This document shows positions 52,449 to 62,394 of a DNA stretch of 64,000 nt, in pieces. Below the pieces are notes generated by a model that saw only the letters and a list, made by a program, of their open reading frames with translations, did not search any database and had not been told where the DNA came from. The translations under genes were made by a program, and so were the position numbers. This DNA comes from Synergistales bacterium. Lineage in GTDB: Bacteria > Synergistota > Synergistia > Synergistales > JAFGMB01. The DNA lies in contig OY762654.1 in assembly GCA_963666205.1 (NCBI GenBank), forward strand, positions 448,001-512,000, read 5' to 3'. Each line of letters starts with the position of its first letter. The first letter of the stretch is position 1.

Positions 52449-52533
52449 GTGCCGAGAGGGAGACTCGAACTCCCACAGGGTCGCCCCCGGCGGATTTTGA
52501 ATCCGCTGCGTCTACCGATTCCGCCATCCCGGC
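52447..52533 (-). tRNA. tRNA-Leu, anticodon CAA
   Basis: GCCGGGATGGCGGAATCGGTAGACGCA-GCGGA-TTCAAAA-TCCGC, long variable arm, GTTCGAGTC, ends ACCA; TTGATT-17bp-TAGACT promoter upstream. Confidence 0.97.
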
Positions 52534-52637
52534 ATGGCACCTGCTCTTCAAGCAAGAAATAGTCTACTGGTTATCTGCGAAAAAATCAACTGTTTTAATC
52601 AGCAACAGGTAAGTGTTTTGATTATTGATTTTACGCC

Positions 52638-53075
52638 TCAGGAACCGGCTTTCATAATCTGGAGCTTGACCTGGAAATATTCATCCCGTTCAAGTTCTCC
52701 TTCTCTAAGGAGATATTCTGAAAGATCTGCTCTGACTATAACCTTGAATCCATTCTCACTCAGAGGAAGCTTGGATGCTTTTTTTATTGAACGGGCAAAA
52801 GCACCATACATCTTCGCGTAATCAACATCATTTGTCTTCAGGGTTTTTAAATCAAGGCTTATCCTCACTTGATCTCCTCCGACAAGACCATCCAGAATAG
52901 CGGTCCGATGAACCACTTTGTCTTCCTGGAGATAGGCAAGACTATCTGTTTCTATGGGCCCTCTGTAGACAAGCAGAACAAAAAGAACTGCCCATATGGA
53001 AACAAGTCCCGCAAAATAGTATTTCCTTTTCTCCGAAATACGTAATATGTCACAACATTCCCTGATGGTCTTCAT
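52638..53075 (-). CDS. Hypothetical protein with one N-terminal TM helix
   Basis: 145-aa ORF with GGAGG SD; no motif recognised. Confidence 0.65.
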   Translation of the reverse strand: MKTIRECCDILRISEKRKYYFAGLVSIWAVLFVLLVYRGPIETDSLAYLQEDKVVHRTAILDGLVGGDQVRISLDLKTLKTNDVDYAKMYGAFARSIKKASKLPLSENGFKVIVRADLSEYLLREGELERDEYFQVKLQIMKAGS

Positions 53076-53441
53076 CTTCTACATCCTCCAGTTTGATTTT
53101 CGGATTGTTAAAAGGATAATTATTTCCTGGTAAGGAATCTCATCCATAAATCTTTATCCGGTAAACCATATTTTACTGTGAAACGGCTGTCAAATCATAG
53201 TAGCATATTTATTTTCTTTCAAAGAGTTGAAGATGTCGTTTATGCACGTATTTCACTACCTGAATCTATCATGGCTTCATAATAACAGGGGCAAATAATA
53301 TTTTAAGGGCAATAACGGTTTTGTGAGGAAGGCATTTAAAATTACATATTCTTTTATAATAATGATAAAGTTTTATGAGGATTGACTTTAGATAATGCAG
53401 TTGTAAAACCTGTTAAATCAAAAAGCAACGGAGGGATTTTC

Positions 53442-53855
53442 TTGGAAAGAATACCTGGTACTGATGGATGTTTTGTCTGTGGAAAACCAGAAGGGAAAAA
53501 CAGCAGAGCCCTTGGAATCGAATTCTTCTGGGATAACGTGGATCATAAAATAATAACTTCCCTTAAACCTGATAAAACATGGTGTGGTTATGATGGGATC
53601 GTCCATGGTGGAATTATTGCGGCCATAATGGATGATGCAATGGAACAGGCCATCTTCAGGAGTGCCGGAAAAATGGGTTTTACTGCAACACTTTCCATAA
53701 AATATCGGAAACACCTTCCAGTAGGCAACCACTATGACCTTAATGCCTTCGCTACAGAAATTAAAGGGAAAAGAGTCAAGGCCAGAGCTACTATTAAAGA
53801 CCAGAATGGAAACCTTTATTCAGAGGCAGAAGCTTTGTTCATTTTAATGTCATAA
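53442..53855 (+). CDS. PaaI family thioesterase
   Basis: CFVCG..N..LG and GIVHGGIIAAIMDD. Confidence 0.9.
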   Translation: MERIPGTDGCFVCGKPEGKNSRALGIEFFWDNVDHKIITSLKPDKTWCGYDGIVHGGIIAAIMDDAMEQAIFRSAGKMGFTATLSIKYRKHLPVGNHYDLNAFATEIKGKRVKARATIKDQNGNLYSEAEALFILMS

Positions 53856-53880
53856 AATCAAGACCTTGGGAGGTTAATTT

Positions 53881-54408
53881 ATGCAGGATAATTGGATAAC
53901 TACAAAAGGCGGTGACAGGGGAGAAACCAGCCTGGGTAACGGTACAAGAGTCCCCAAAGATTCTCCACGGGTTGAATTATATGGAACCCTTGATGAATGC
54001 CAGGCCCATATAGGAATGGCAAGAGCCACCTGCTCCTATAATGAGATCTGCCAGGAAATATGCTTCCTGGAACAGGTTCTTTCTCCCCTGATGGGTTACA
54101 TAGCCCTGTTTCCGAGTCTTGACCTTCCTGACATCAGAATGCTGGAACAAGAGATAGAGAAGGTAAGGGAAATTACGGGCAATACCTTCCGTTTTGTCAG
54201 ACCTGGAGACTCAGTACCCGGAGCCGCCCTTCATGCCGCAAGGACAGTTGCGAGAAGGGCGGAAAGAATAGCAACAGGTCTATATCGTGATGGACAACTT
54301 GACGATAAATGCTATGCATATATTAACAGACTGTCTGATGCCATATATGCTATTTCTCTATGGATAGACTATCATGAACGAAAAGGCGAAGAATCTTCAT
54401 GTGAATAG
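53881..54408 (+). CDS. ATP:cob(I)alamin adenosyltransferase (PduO type)
   Basis: TKGGDRGETSL, YGTLDE, ARTVARRAER and NRLSD. Confidence 0.93.
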   Translation: MQDNWITTKGGDRGETSLGNGTRVPKDSPRVELYGTLDECQAHIGMARATCSYNEICQEICFLEQVLSPLMGYIALFPSLDLPDIRMLEQEIEKVREITGNTFRFVRPGDSVPGAALHAARTVARRAERIATGLYRDGQLDDKCYAYINRLSDAIYAISLWIDYHERKGEESSCE

Positions 54409-54486
54409 ATATCATGGGGATGGATAATTTTTTCTTATATTGTATAATGAGTACAGGTTGTTTTTTTGATTTAAGGAGGACTTACA

Positions 54487-55182
54487 TTGAAAAATAATCC
54501 CTTATCCCCTGCCAAAAATCCTGATCTTCGTCAGATTGTTTATGAGAAGCTCAAGGAAGCTATAGTAGAGGGTATTATCAGGCCTGGTTCGAAACTTTCG
54601 GAAATTGAGCTGGCTGACAAACTAGCGGTATCCAGAACACCGGTACGTGAGGCAATAAGGCAACTGGCTCAGACAGGTCTCGTTACCCTTACCCCCAGAA
54701 GAGGCGCATATGTAACCCTTCCGACAACCAAGGATGCAGAAGATCTCTATGAGCTTCGTAAAGAGCTGGAAAAACTGGCAGTTTCTTACATATGCAACCA
54801 GCCTCCTACAAAAGAACTCGAGTATTACAAGAGCATATTTACGGAAATGGACAGCACCACATCTCATAGCGAATACATTAAGGAAGACCAGAAATTCCAT
54901 GTATTTCTTTATGAGTCATGTAATAACAGATTCCTGAGTAGGATGCTCTTCAATATTATGGACCTTATCAACCTGTGCAGAACCTATTCGGTTGAAGGGA
55001 ATGTAGACCTTTCTGTGTTCACCCAGGGACATGTAAAGGTTATTGATGCCCTGCTCGATAAAGATTGCGATAAAGCGATTAAAGAAATGGATGATCATAT
55101 AATTGATACAAAACAAAGTTTTCTTAAATTCCTTGAAGATCATCCTGAAGGTGTTATTTACGAAAATTCCGGCGGGAAATAA
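54487..55182 (+). CDS. GntR/FadR family regulator (FCD domain)
   Basis: VSRTPVREA and D..FH motifs. Confidence 0.92.
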   Translation: MKNNPLSPAKNPDLRQIVYEKLKEAIVEGIIRPGSKLSEIELADKLAVSRTPVREAIRQLAQTGLVTLTPRRGAYVTLPTTKDAEDLYELRKELEKLAVSYICNQPPTKELEYYKSIFTEMDSTTSHSEYIKEDQKFHVFLYESCNNRFLSRMLFNIMDLINLCRTYSVEGNVDLSVFTQGHVKVIDALLDKDCDKAIKEMDDHIIDTKQSFLKFLEDHPEGVIYENSGGK

Positions 55183-55272
55183 CCCTTTCCCCCTCTCTTT
55201 TTTGTATTAAATATAAAAATGCAGGATAACCTTCAAGGAGATCCTGCATTTTTTGAAAAGCCAGGGTATATT

Positions 55273-56592
55273 CTACTCTTCCCTGAATCTCCGCCAGAAA
55301 CTTTTAAGCCTTTCTTTTATTTGCCTCTCATTTCCTTTTTCTCCCGGAAAATAAAACCTGACCGTTTCCTGAACATACTTCTGGGGCAACCAGTGACGAG
55401 GATCATCATGAGGATACTGATAACCCTGTCCTCCCTGTTTAAGATGATCAGGAACTTCCTGGATCTCTCCTGCTTTTATCGCTTTTTCTGCTTCTTTCAC
55501 CGCCAGGTACGCACTGTTGCTCTTGATGGCAGATGCAAGATATATTACTGCTTCTGAAAGAATGATCCTCGCTTCTGGGTAACCTACCATGTCAACAGCA
55601 TGTGCTGCTGACACAGCTAGCGTCAGGGCATATGGGTCCGCAAGCCCCACATCCTCAGAGGCAAAAATGATCAGCCGCCTTGTTATGAACCTCAGATTCT
55701 CTCCGCTGAGCATCAATCTGGACAACCAGTATAAAGCAGCATCCGGGTCAGATCCTCTCATGCTTTTTATCAGGGCAGAGATTACATCGTAATGATCGTC
55801 AGAAGCCTTATCGAAACGAAGATTGGATGTGGGGAGTATCTCCCGGACACTCTCTGGAGTAATAGTCCGCCCTCCCGAAAGGGCTACTGTGTGAGCTACT
55901 ATCTGAAGTCTGTTCAATGCCTGACGAGCATCTCCTCCTGACATTGCAGCCAGCATTAGAATAGCATCTTCCTCTGCGTGTAGTGCCAGTTCGCCAAGCC
56001 CCCTCCCGGCAGTAACTGCCCTTGAAAGAAGTGTCGCCAGATCTTCCTTCTGTAGAGGTTTCAATTCAAATATAACAAGTCGGGAAAGAAGGGTTTTATT
56101 TATCTCAAAATAGGGGTTCTCCGTAGTGGTACCCACCAGGATCACATCGCCCTTTTCTACAGAAGGCAGAAGGGCATTCTGCTGGTTTCTGTTAAAGTGA
56201 TAGATCTCGTCAACAAATGCTATTACAGAACGGCCACCGGGAATATTTTTCCGGGATGTAGCAATATCGACAAGTTCTCTCAATTGAGATACTTTAGCTG
56301 ATACAGCATTTATCTCCATGATATGACGTCCTGTAGTTGAGGCCATAAGCCTTACCAGGGTGGTTTTACCAACTCCAGGAGGACCGTAAAGAACACAGCA
56401 TGGAACTTGCCCTGATTCCAGTACTTTGCGGAGGGGAGCATTTCTACCGATAAGATGTTCCTGACCAGCAAACTCTTCAAGACTCTGCGGCCTCATTCTC
56501 TCAGCAAGGGGAATATCCCACTTGTTAGACCGTTGGTCGGGTTCCAGACTTTTCCCCTCTTCATCGGCAAAAAGGAAACCTTCCTCTTTCAA
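55273..56592 (-). CDS. rarA: Replication-associated recombination protein A
   Basis: PLAERMRP, GPPGVGKTT, TTENPYF and KSMRGSDPDAA. Confidence 0.96.
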   Translation of the reverse strand: MKEEGFLFADEEGKSLEPDQRSNKWDIPLAERMRPQSLEEFAGQEHLIGRNAPLRKVLESGQVPCCVLYGPPGVGKTTLVRLMASTTGRHIMEINAVSAKVSQLRELVDIATSRKNIPGGRSVIAFVDEIYHFNRNQQNALLPSVEKGDVILVGTTTENPYFEINKTLLSRLVIFELKPLQKEDLATLLSRAVTAGRGLGELALHAEEDAILMLAAMSGGDARQALNRLQIVAHTVALSGGRTITPESVREILPTSNLRFDKASDDHYDVISALIKSMRGSDPDAALYWLSRLMLSGENLRFITRRLIIFASEDVGLADPYALTLAVSAAHAVDMVGYPEARIILSEAVIYLASAIKSNSAYLAVKEAEKAIKAGEIQEVPDHLKQGGQGYQYPHDDPRHWLPQKYVQETVRFYFPGEKGNERQIKERLKSFWRRFREE

Positions 56593-57566
56593 TTGATAAG
56601 TTCCTCCATTAAGGATTCTATTGAAGTTCCATACTCAACGAGATGGCCATCGGCAGCATCTTCTACAACCTTAACCATTGGATAATGACCATCGAGAAAA
56701 CTCTCTAAAGCAGTTGAAAGTTCCATACCCATAAATCCGGTTTTAGCTCCTGGCCATCTCCTCCATTGTTCTATGCTCACAGTGCTTCCTGAAGGGACTG
56801 ATAGTTTGCCCGAACCAAGAGATGCAGCCCTGAATGCTCTTAGTGCTATTTCTCTATCGTCCGGACGAAATGATATTACTCTTTTCCACGATGCGCGCAA
56901 CCAATCGACACTCTTTTCTTTTACCAGATCATGGTATTCCCAGGGCACAATTGGTTCAGGGTTGGATAAAGAAGACACCAGTTTTTCAAGGGTTTCAAAA
57001 CAGGCATCAGCCCAGACATTCCAATCCTCTCCCGTCCTTTCCACAAGAACTCCCCTTATACCAGATCTCCTGGCTCCTATCATATCGTAGAGAAAATCGC
57101 CTATCATGGCACATTTTCTGTAAGGGATTTCAATTTTATCGGAGGCAAGCCATAGTGCCTCCGGATCAGGTTTGACAGGCCCATTATCTCTGCTCAAGGT
57201 AACCTCGGGAAGGGGAAACCCTATTCTCAAAGCAGCAAGTCTGATCGATTCCATGGAATTCCGGGAAACAACACACCAGGGGATAGAGTTTTTTCCAAAC
57301 CACTCGATAAGCTCAAATGCTCCATTTACTGGTACGGCGTTTTCAGCTCCTTCCATCTCAAGAACACATATATCCTGCCACAACTCGACCTGACGAGCCT
57401 CTGAGAGCCATTTCCCCGCTTCGATAAGAGGAACCCTCTTACCCCCAAAATACTTATTTCTTATGCCCGAAAAATCAAGATCTGTATCGGCAATAACCCC
57501 ATCCCAATCAAGAATGAAACCTTGTGCAAGGACGGGATGCCAGAATGGTGAAATGATATTGGCCAT
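56589..57566 (-). CDS. HAD family hydrolase
   Basis: DWDGVIADT, KPDPE and IGDFLYD. Confidence 0.88.
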   Translation of the reverse strand: MANIISPFWHPVLAQGFILDWDGVIADTDLDFSGIRNKYFGGKRVPLIEAGKWLSEARQVELWQDICVLEMEGAENAVPVNGAFELIEWFGKNSIPWCVVSRNSMESIRLAALRIGFPLPEVTLSRDNGPVKPDPEALWLASDKIEIPYRKCAMIGDFLYDMIGARRSGIRGVLVERTGEDWNVWADACFETLEKLVSSLSNPEPIVPWEYHDLVKEKSVDWLRASWKRVISFRPDDREIALRAFRAASLGSGKLSVPSGSTVSIEQWRRWPGAKTGFMGMELSTALESFLDGHYPMVKVVEDAADGHLVEYGTSIESLMEELIN

Positions 57567-57621
57567 AGTTTATCCTCCAGAAGATCCCAAGGATCTCAGA
57601 TATGAATCATTACTAACAGAG

Positions 57622-57651
57622 AGGGGTGCAAAGAACATCTTTGCACCCCTT
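57622..57651 (-). terminator. Hairpin downstream of 6S RNA
   Basis: AGGGGTGCAAAGA/TCTTTGCACCCCT stem. Confidence 0.75.
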
Positions 57652-57658
57652 TAAAATT

Positions 57659-57832
57659 CTCCCCGCAATGCCGTGCCATGGGCGTCTTGACCCGATCCTA
57701 ATATATTTAGACCTGTCAAACCTTAGCTTTGGTGATGTCCTGCATCTCCTCTACCGGCATGAACATCTGGTCTTTTTCTAATCGAGTGTTGGCTCAAGAC
57801 AACTATCATGAACACGAACACCGCAGGGTTAC
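57659..57832 (-). ncRNA. ssrS: 6S RNA
   Basis: Minus strand CCCTGCGGTGTTCG... closes with ...CGGCATTGCGGGG; inner GTCTTGAGCC/GGGTCAAGAC helix; ~175 nt; extended -10 TGaTATAAT just upstream; located near rarA. Confidence 0.85.
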
Positions 57833-58027
57833 TACCTGCTAATATTATATCATACTGGAGGGAAAGGAGTAGGCGAACACCCTTGGGAACAAGACTTTCA
57901 AGACCTGCATTATCCTCAATCACCTTTAATAAAAAAAGGCGTTGTACAATGAATATCTGTTTAAGAAAATGGTCTGAACTGGATAGATATTTCCCATCAT
58001 CGGAGTATTCTATTTATCGCAGAGCTC

Positions 58028-58582
58028 TCAGGATCTCCTGGTAAGTTGTTCGAGGTTCTCCCTTATGTAATCCTTTATCCATAATGCAACCTGAGGTTCC
58101 CTGAGTTTACCAGGGTCTTCAAGTATCTCCAGAATGGTCAGACTATCCATTTCAAAATCACGTTCTCCACTGGAATGTATATATACCCACCGTATTTCGG
58201 GATGCGACACAAGAAGGGACATTATGGTGGCTGGAATATCCCCTGCTGGAGGAAGATCTATCGAATTCATCCTGAAAGTTGCCTTGACCCTGGTACCTAT
58301 GTCGGGTTCTGATGAAATTGAAAAATCCCCCTCGCAGAGCTCTGCTAATTGTTTAAGGAAAGGTAATCCCAATCCTACTCGTCTGGCTGTACGGGAAGTA
58401 CAGAATGGATCTGTTACCCTTGAAAGCATATGCTGATCCATGCCCTTCCCGTTGTCATCTATCTGAAAAACCATTAATCCCGGAGGTCTGTCTTCAGAGA
58501 TAGAAATCCTTATCTCCGAAGCTCCTGCCTTTATACTATTTTCTGCAACATCCAGAATGTGTTGGGAAAAGTCCTCAAGCAT
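58028..58582 (-). CDS. Histidine-kinase-like ATPase (HATPase_c) protein
   Basis: ENSIKAGA, DDNGKGM, DPF.TSR..R.VGLGLP and G.F.I.S....GT. Confidence 0.9.
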   Translation of the reverse strand: MLEDFSQHILDVAENSIKAGASEIRISISEDRPPGLMVFQIDDNGKGMDQHMLSRVTDPFCTSRTARRVGLGLPFLKQLAELCEGDFSISSEPDIGTRVKATFRMNSIDLPPAGDIPATIMSLLVSHPEIRWVYIHSSGERDFEMDSLTILEILEDPGKLREPQVALWIKDYIRENLEQLTRRS

Positions 58583-58676
58583 AAGGTTCTTCCTCCTGAT
58601 AAGGTCGCGCTAAAATACACACGTTAAGTCGAAGATGGATATGCTCTTCCCGAGATTCAAGTGACTATTGAGCCAC

Positions 58677-59609
58677 CTAGAATAGTCTGTTTTTCGCAAG
58701 AATATTGATTAATGACATATCTCTTTCGTAGAGGTCTTTAGATTTATCCGTAGATTCCGCATTCTGGACCTGTTTTGCAACCTTGTTAAAGACTCCTCCA
58801 AGATTGAGATTCTCAAGAAGAATATCAAGATTTTCCAGAGTATTTTCATTAAGCCGGTGAGTAAAATATCCAAAAAGAACTGTTGCCTTTGCAAGCCAAT
58901 CCAGCATTTCTTCGCTTCTGGACCATGCTTCTTCGAAGAGAAGAGAGAAATTGAAATCTTCCTCCTCTCTTTCATCTTCCATAACAGGCTCAGGCCAATA
59001 ACCGAGAACATAGAAGGGGATATCAGGTCCGACTCTGAATACATCCCACAGGGCAGAATAGGATTCATCTGACTGACCATTGAGAGTTAAAAGAGCCAGT
59101 GCTTTTGCATGTTGTCTTGCAGGAGTTATATTGTCATCCTCAATGCACTTTTCAAGAACATCTCTATATCTCTCCATCTCCAGAAGGCACCGGTAATAAA
59201 GTGTCTTACCCAGGGTTCGGTCCTCAGGATCATAATGCATAAGATCCTGTGCTATCGAAAGGATCCTTTCAAGATCGCCATCCGGAAAAAGGGCAAAACC
59301 AAGTCTTTGCAGAAGACCAATATATAGAAGCCATGGATCGGAATCGAGGAGATCCTCTTCAGCCTCTCCGAGGGAATCTTCAAAAGTTTTCTTTGCATTC
59401 GGCAGGGCTTTTTCGAGAAGTCGGATCTGTTGATCTATATCTTGTGTAGTATCTGCCAGTAATAGAAGGCCTTCCGGGTGATCCGGAATAATTTCAAGAA
59501 CCTTCATTGCCAGAGCTTTGATCTCTTCATTGTCTTCACTTCCATAAGCCTGATCCAACAGACTGTTTACTTCTTCTCTTTTTAGATCTTTCATCATTTT
59601 CTCTCCCAA
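58677..59609 (-). CDS. Hypothetical all-helical (TPR-like) protein
   Basis: 310-aa acidic helical ORF; function not recognised. Confidence 0.7.
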   Translation of the reverse strand: MGEKMMKDLKREEVNSLLDQAYGSEDNEEIKALAMKVLEIIPDHPEGLLLLADTTQDIDQQIRLLEKALPNAKKTFEDSLGEAEEDLLDSDPWLLYIGLLQRLGFALFPDGDLERILSIAQDLMHYDPEDRTLGKTLYYRCLLEMERYRDVLEKCIEDDNITPARQHAKALALLTLNGQSDESYSALWDVFRVGPDIPFYVLGYWPEPVMEDEREEEDFNFSLLFEEAWSRSEEMLDWLAKATVLFGYFTHRLNENTLENLDILLENLNLGGVFNKVAKQVQNAESTDKSKDLYERDMSLINILAKNRLF

Positions 59610-59810
59610 AACAGAATATTTTTCTAACCCTGGTTAAATATCAAGATAATGGTACAGGAAAGTTTAGTTGATTGCGAACCTTGAGTCAAATATTTCATGA
59701 AGACCTCTAATATGGAAGATCTACGTCTGACCCTTGCGACAGTTCTCTGGTTGATGTATTCTGAATCATGCTCTTAAAAAAAGTAATTTGTTTGACCTGG
59801 AGGTTAAAAA

Positions 59811-60515
59811 ATGAAGAATAAGTCTGTTGTAAATATATCCCTTTTCCTTGTAATGTGTATCGTAACTGTTTTATCCCTGAACGGTGTGGGACAAGCAAAA
59901 ACACCTGGAGAAAGGATATCCGGATCTGTTAAGATCATAAGAGAAATGTCTGAACAGGAAGATGCAGAATCCATGGCAAACGTTCTGAAAAGGGCAAAAG
60001 GTGTGGCCATATTCCCTTCTGTAGTAAAAGCTGGATTTGTCCTGGGAGGTAAATACGGAGAAGGTCTGGTACTCAGACGTAATCCCTCCACAGGTAAGTG
60101 GTACGGCCCCAGTTTTGTCAATATAGTTGGAGCTTCCTGGGGACTTCAGATAGGAGCACAATCAATAGCACTTGTCCTGGTAGTGAACAATGAACGTGGT
60201 ATGGAAGCGTTTACAAGTGGCAGCGACATCAAGCTGGGTGGAGATGTTGCCGTAGTAGCTGGACCAGTAGGTAGAAGGGGCGAAGCTGCAACTGATATTC
60301 ATTTAAAAGCCTCGATGTACAGTTACTCAATGAGCAAAGGTCTGTTTGCCGGTATGTCCCTCGAAGGAGCCGGACTTAATGTTGATGAAAGTGCAAACCA
60401 GGTTTACTGGGGAGCAGTCATGTCTCCAAAAGCCGCTTTGGATAAGAGTGCAGCTGATAAAAAAATCAAATCTCTAATCCGGGAAATTAACAACCTGATA
60501 GCAAAAGCTGATTAA
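59811..60515 (+). CDS. Lipid-binding SYLF (Ysc84) domain protein
   Basis: Signal peptide, IFPSVVKAGF..GG.YG.G, GLQIG and SKGLFAG. Confidence 0.92.
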   Translation: MKNKSVVNISLFLVMCIVTVLSLNGVGQAKTPGERISGSVKIIREMSEQEDAESMANVLKRAKGVAIFPSVVKAGFVLGGKYGEGLVLRRNPSTGKWYGPSFVNIVGASWGLQIGAQSIALVLVVNNERGMEAFTSGSDIKLGGDVAVVAGPVGRRGEAATDIHLKASMYSYSMSKGLFAGMSLEGAGLNVDESANQVYWGAVMSPKAALDKSAADKKIKSLIREINNLIAKAD

Positions 60516-60548
60516 GAAAGCCGCCCCAACGGGCGGCTTTCTTAATCA
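60509..60548. terminator. Bidirectional terminator
   Basis: 18-bp perfect stem TGATTAAGAAAGCCGCCC/GGGCGGCTTTCTTAATCA. Confidence 0.85.
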
Positions 60549-60578
60549 ATAGTAAGGTAGTTCATCTCTAAGACAGGG

Positions 60579-61022
60579 CTAGAGGATTATTTTTCCTCCG
60601 CCCTTCTGGGGATTAGCCCCCATCCTGTTCAGCTGTTCAAGGACTGCAGGGGATGCTACGTCTATTCTGGGCTTTTGAGCCTGCTGGTTTTGCATTTCTC
60701 TGATCTTGTCCTCGTATTCCTTAAGGCTTTTCTTGATTGCATCAACGTCTCCCTTGATCCATTCAAGGATACTGTCTGCGATGGAGTGGAGGACGTCTTC
60801 CGGGGGAAGATCTTCTATCATACCAAGTTCCTTTAGAATCCTGTGCTCTTCCTTTATGGAATCCAGGATATCTTCATCATTGATCAGACCTTTCTTGTAA
60901 AGAACCCTACCCATGATGTTGAATTTGCTTTTCATATTTTCCTGGTTGACTGCGACTCCATCAAGCCTCGCCATAACCATTGAAAGTAGTTCATCTAGAC
61001 TTATCTGCATAGGCATTGCCAT
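60579..61022 (-). CDS. Hypothetical protein
   Basis: 147-aa ORF with AAGGGGG SD, ending in a KIIL tail. Confidence 0.75.
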   Translation of the reverse strand: MAMPMQISLDELLSMVMARLDGVAVNQENMKSKFNIMGRVLYKKGLINDEDILDSIKEEHRILKELGMIEDLPPEDVLHSIADSILEWIKGDVDAIKKSLKEYEDKIREMQNQQAQKPRIDVASPAVLEQLNRMGANPQKGGGKIIL

Positions 61023-61109
61023 TATTTTAGCCCCTTTCTTAAATTAGTGGAAAAACGCGGATATTTTATCACGTAGGTTCAAATAAAGATAATTCAAGAG
61101 GTACGGTTT

Positions 61110-62201
61110 TTAAACATTAAACCGTATCTCGATCATATCCCCATCCTGAACAATGTAATCCTTCCCTTCCAGACGAAGGGTCCCTGACTCACGGCACTTT
61201 GCAAAAGAATTCTCATGTTCCCAAAAATCCCTGTAATGAACGACCTGAGCTCGTATGAACCCCCTCGCAAGGTCGGAATGTATAGTACCAGCTGCATCCA
61301 CTGCAGTTTCTCCCTGACTCAGAGTCCATGCTTTTACCTCATCTTTTCCGGTAGTAAAGAATGAGATCAACCCAAGAAGACTGTAAGCCTGAGATATAAG
61401 CCTTTCCCTTCCTGCTTCATCAATTCCCAGATCTGCCATGAATTCCTTCTGTTCTTCCGGATCAAGTTCTGCCATTTCCATTTCCATACTTCCAAAGACC
61501 TTTATCATTTTAAGGTTTTTTTCTTCACTAAGCCTTATCATTCCATCCAGACCAGGAATTTTATCCCCTGTCTGGGTCTCATCGAGGTTCAGAACAATTA
61601 ACTCAGGTTTAAGCGTTACAAAGGCAAAGCCGCTCAATATCCTCAATGCATCTTGAGACAACCCCAGATCTCTTAAAGGAGATTCTTCCATCAAATGAGC
61701 CTGACATTTTTCGAGGAGATCTTTTTCCTGTGACTCCTGGGGAAGAAGACGTTTTTTCTCATCCAGCTTTGTAAGCCTGTTCTCTATGACTCCAAGGTCT
61801 CTGTATATCAATTCGAGTTCAACTATATTCCAGTCTCTGAGTGGATCAAGGCTATCTTCCGGATGGGGCACGTCAGGATTGTTAAAACATCTCACCACAT
61901 GGATCAGAGCATCAGATTCGCTGACAAATGACAAAAAAGAATTACCAAGCCCAGCTCCCTTACTGGCATCTCGGGAAATTCCGGCAAGATCAACAAACTC
62001 AACTGTTGCCGGTGTGACTTTTTTAGGCTGGAAAAACTCGACCAGTCTATCAAACCTGATATCTGGAACTGATACTATAGCCTTATTCGGGTCTGTCTTT
62101 CCACTAGCATAAGGCTTGACTTCCGCTCCTGCACGGGTAATTACATTGAAGATTGTGGACTTTCCACATAAGGGAAGTCCTATGATCCCACAGCTAAGCA
62201 A
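61110..62201 (-). CDS. ychF: Redox-regulated ATPase YchF
   Basis: GIIGLP..GKST, VDLAG, GLGNSFL, IHSDLARGFIRA and EGKDYIVQDGD. Confidence 0.95.
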   Translation of the reverse strand: MLSCGIIGLPLCGKSTIFNVITRAGAEVKPYASGKTDPNKAIVSVPDIRFDRLVEFFQPKKVTPATVEFVDLAGISRDASKGAGLGNSFLSFVSESDALIHVVRCFNNPDVPHPEDSLDPLRDWNIVELELIYRDLGVIENRLTKLDEKKRLLPQESQEKDLLEKCQAHLMEESPLRDLGLSQDALRILSGFAFVTLKPELIVLNLDETQTGDKIPGLDGMIRLSEEKNLKMIKVFGSMEMEMAELDPEEQKEFMADLGIDEAGRERLISQAYSLLGLISFFTTGKDEVKAWTLSQGETAVDAAGTIHSDLARGFIRAQVVHYRDFWEHENSFAKCRESGTLRLEGKDYIVQDGDMIEIRFNV

Positions 62202-62394
62202 ACTTATCACTCCCTGTAAAATGACCTTCTCAACCTGTCCGGTTTCCTCAGAAAATAATAGCACAACTGTCGTCAGGCTATTTATGGAACTTCTTTATGT
62301 TTATTGTTGTATCATAACTATAGGTATATTCACAAGTTTCCTGCCAGGAAAGAATACATTAAAAGATGTTCCTAAAATAAAAGGAGGAAGTTAA

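Noticed and set aside
52250-52555. 101-aa ORF over tRNA-Leu(CAA)
   Set aside because: It is a translation of the tRNA and repeat A, not a protein gene.
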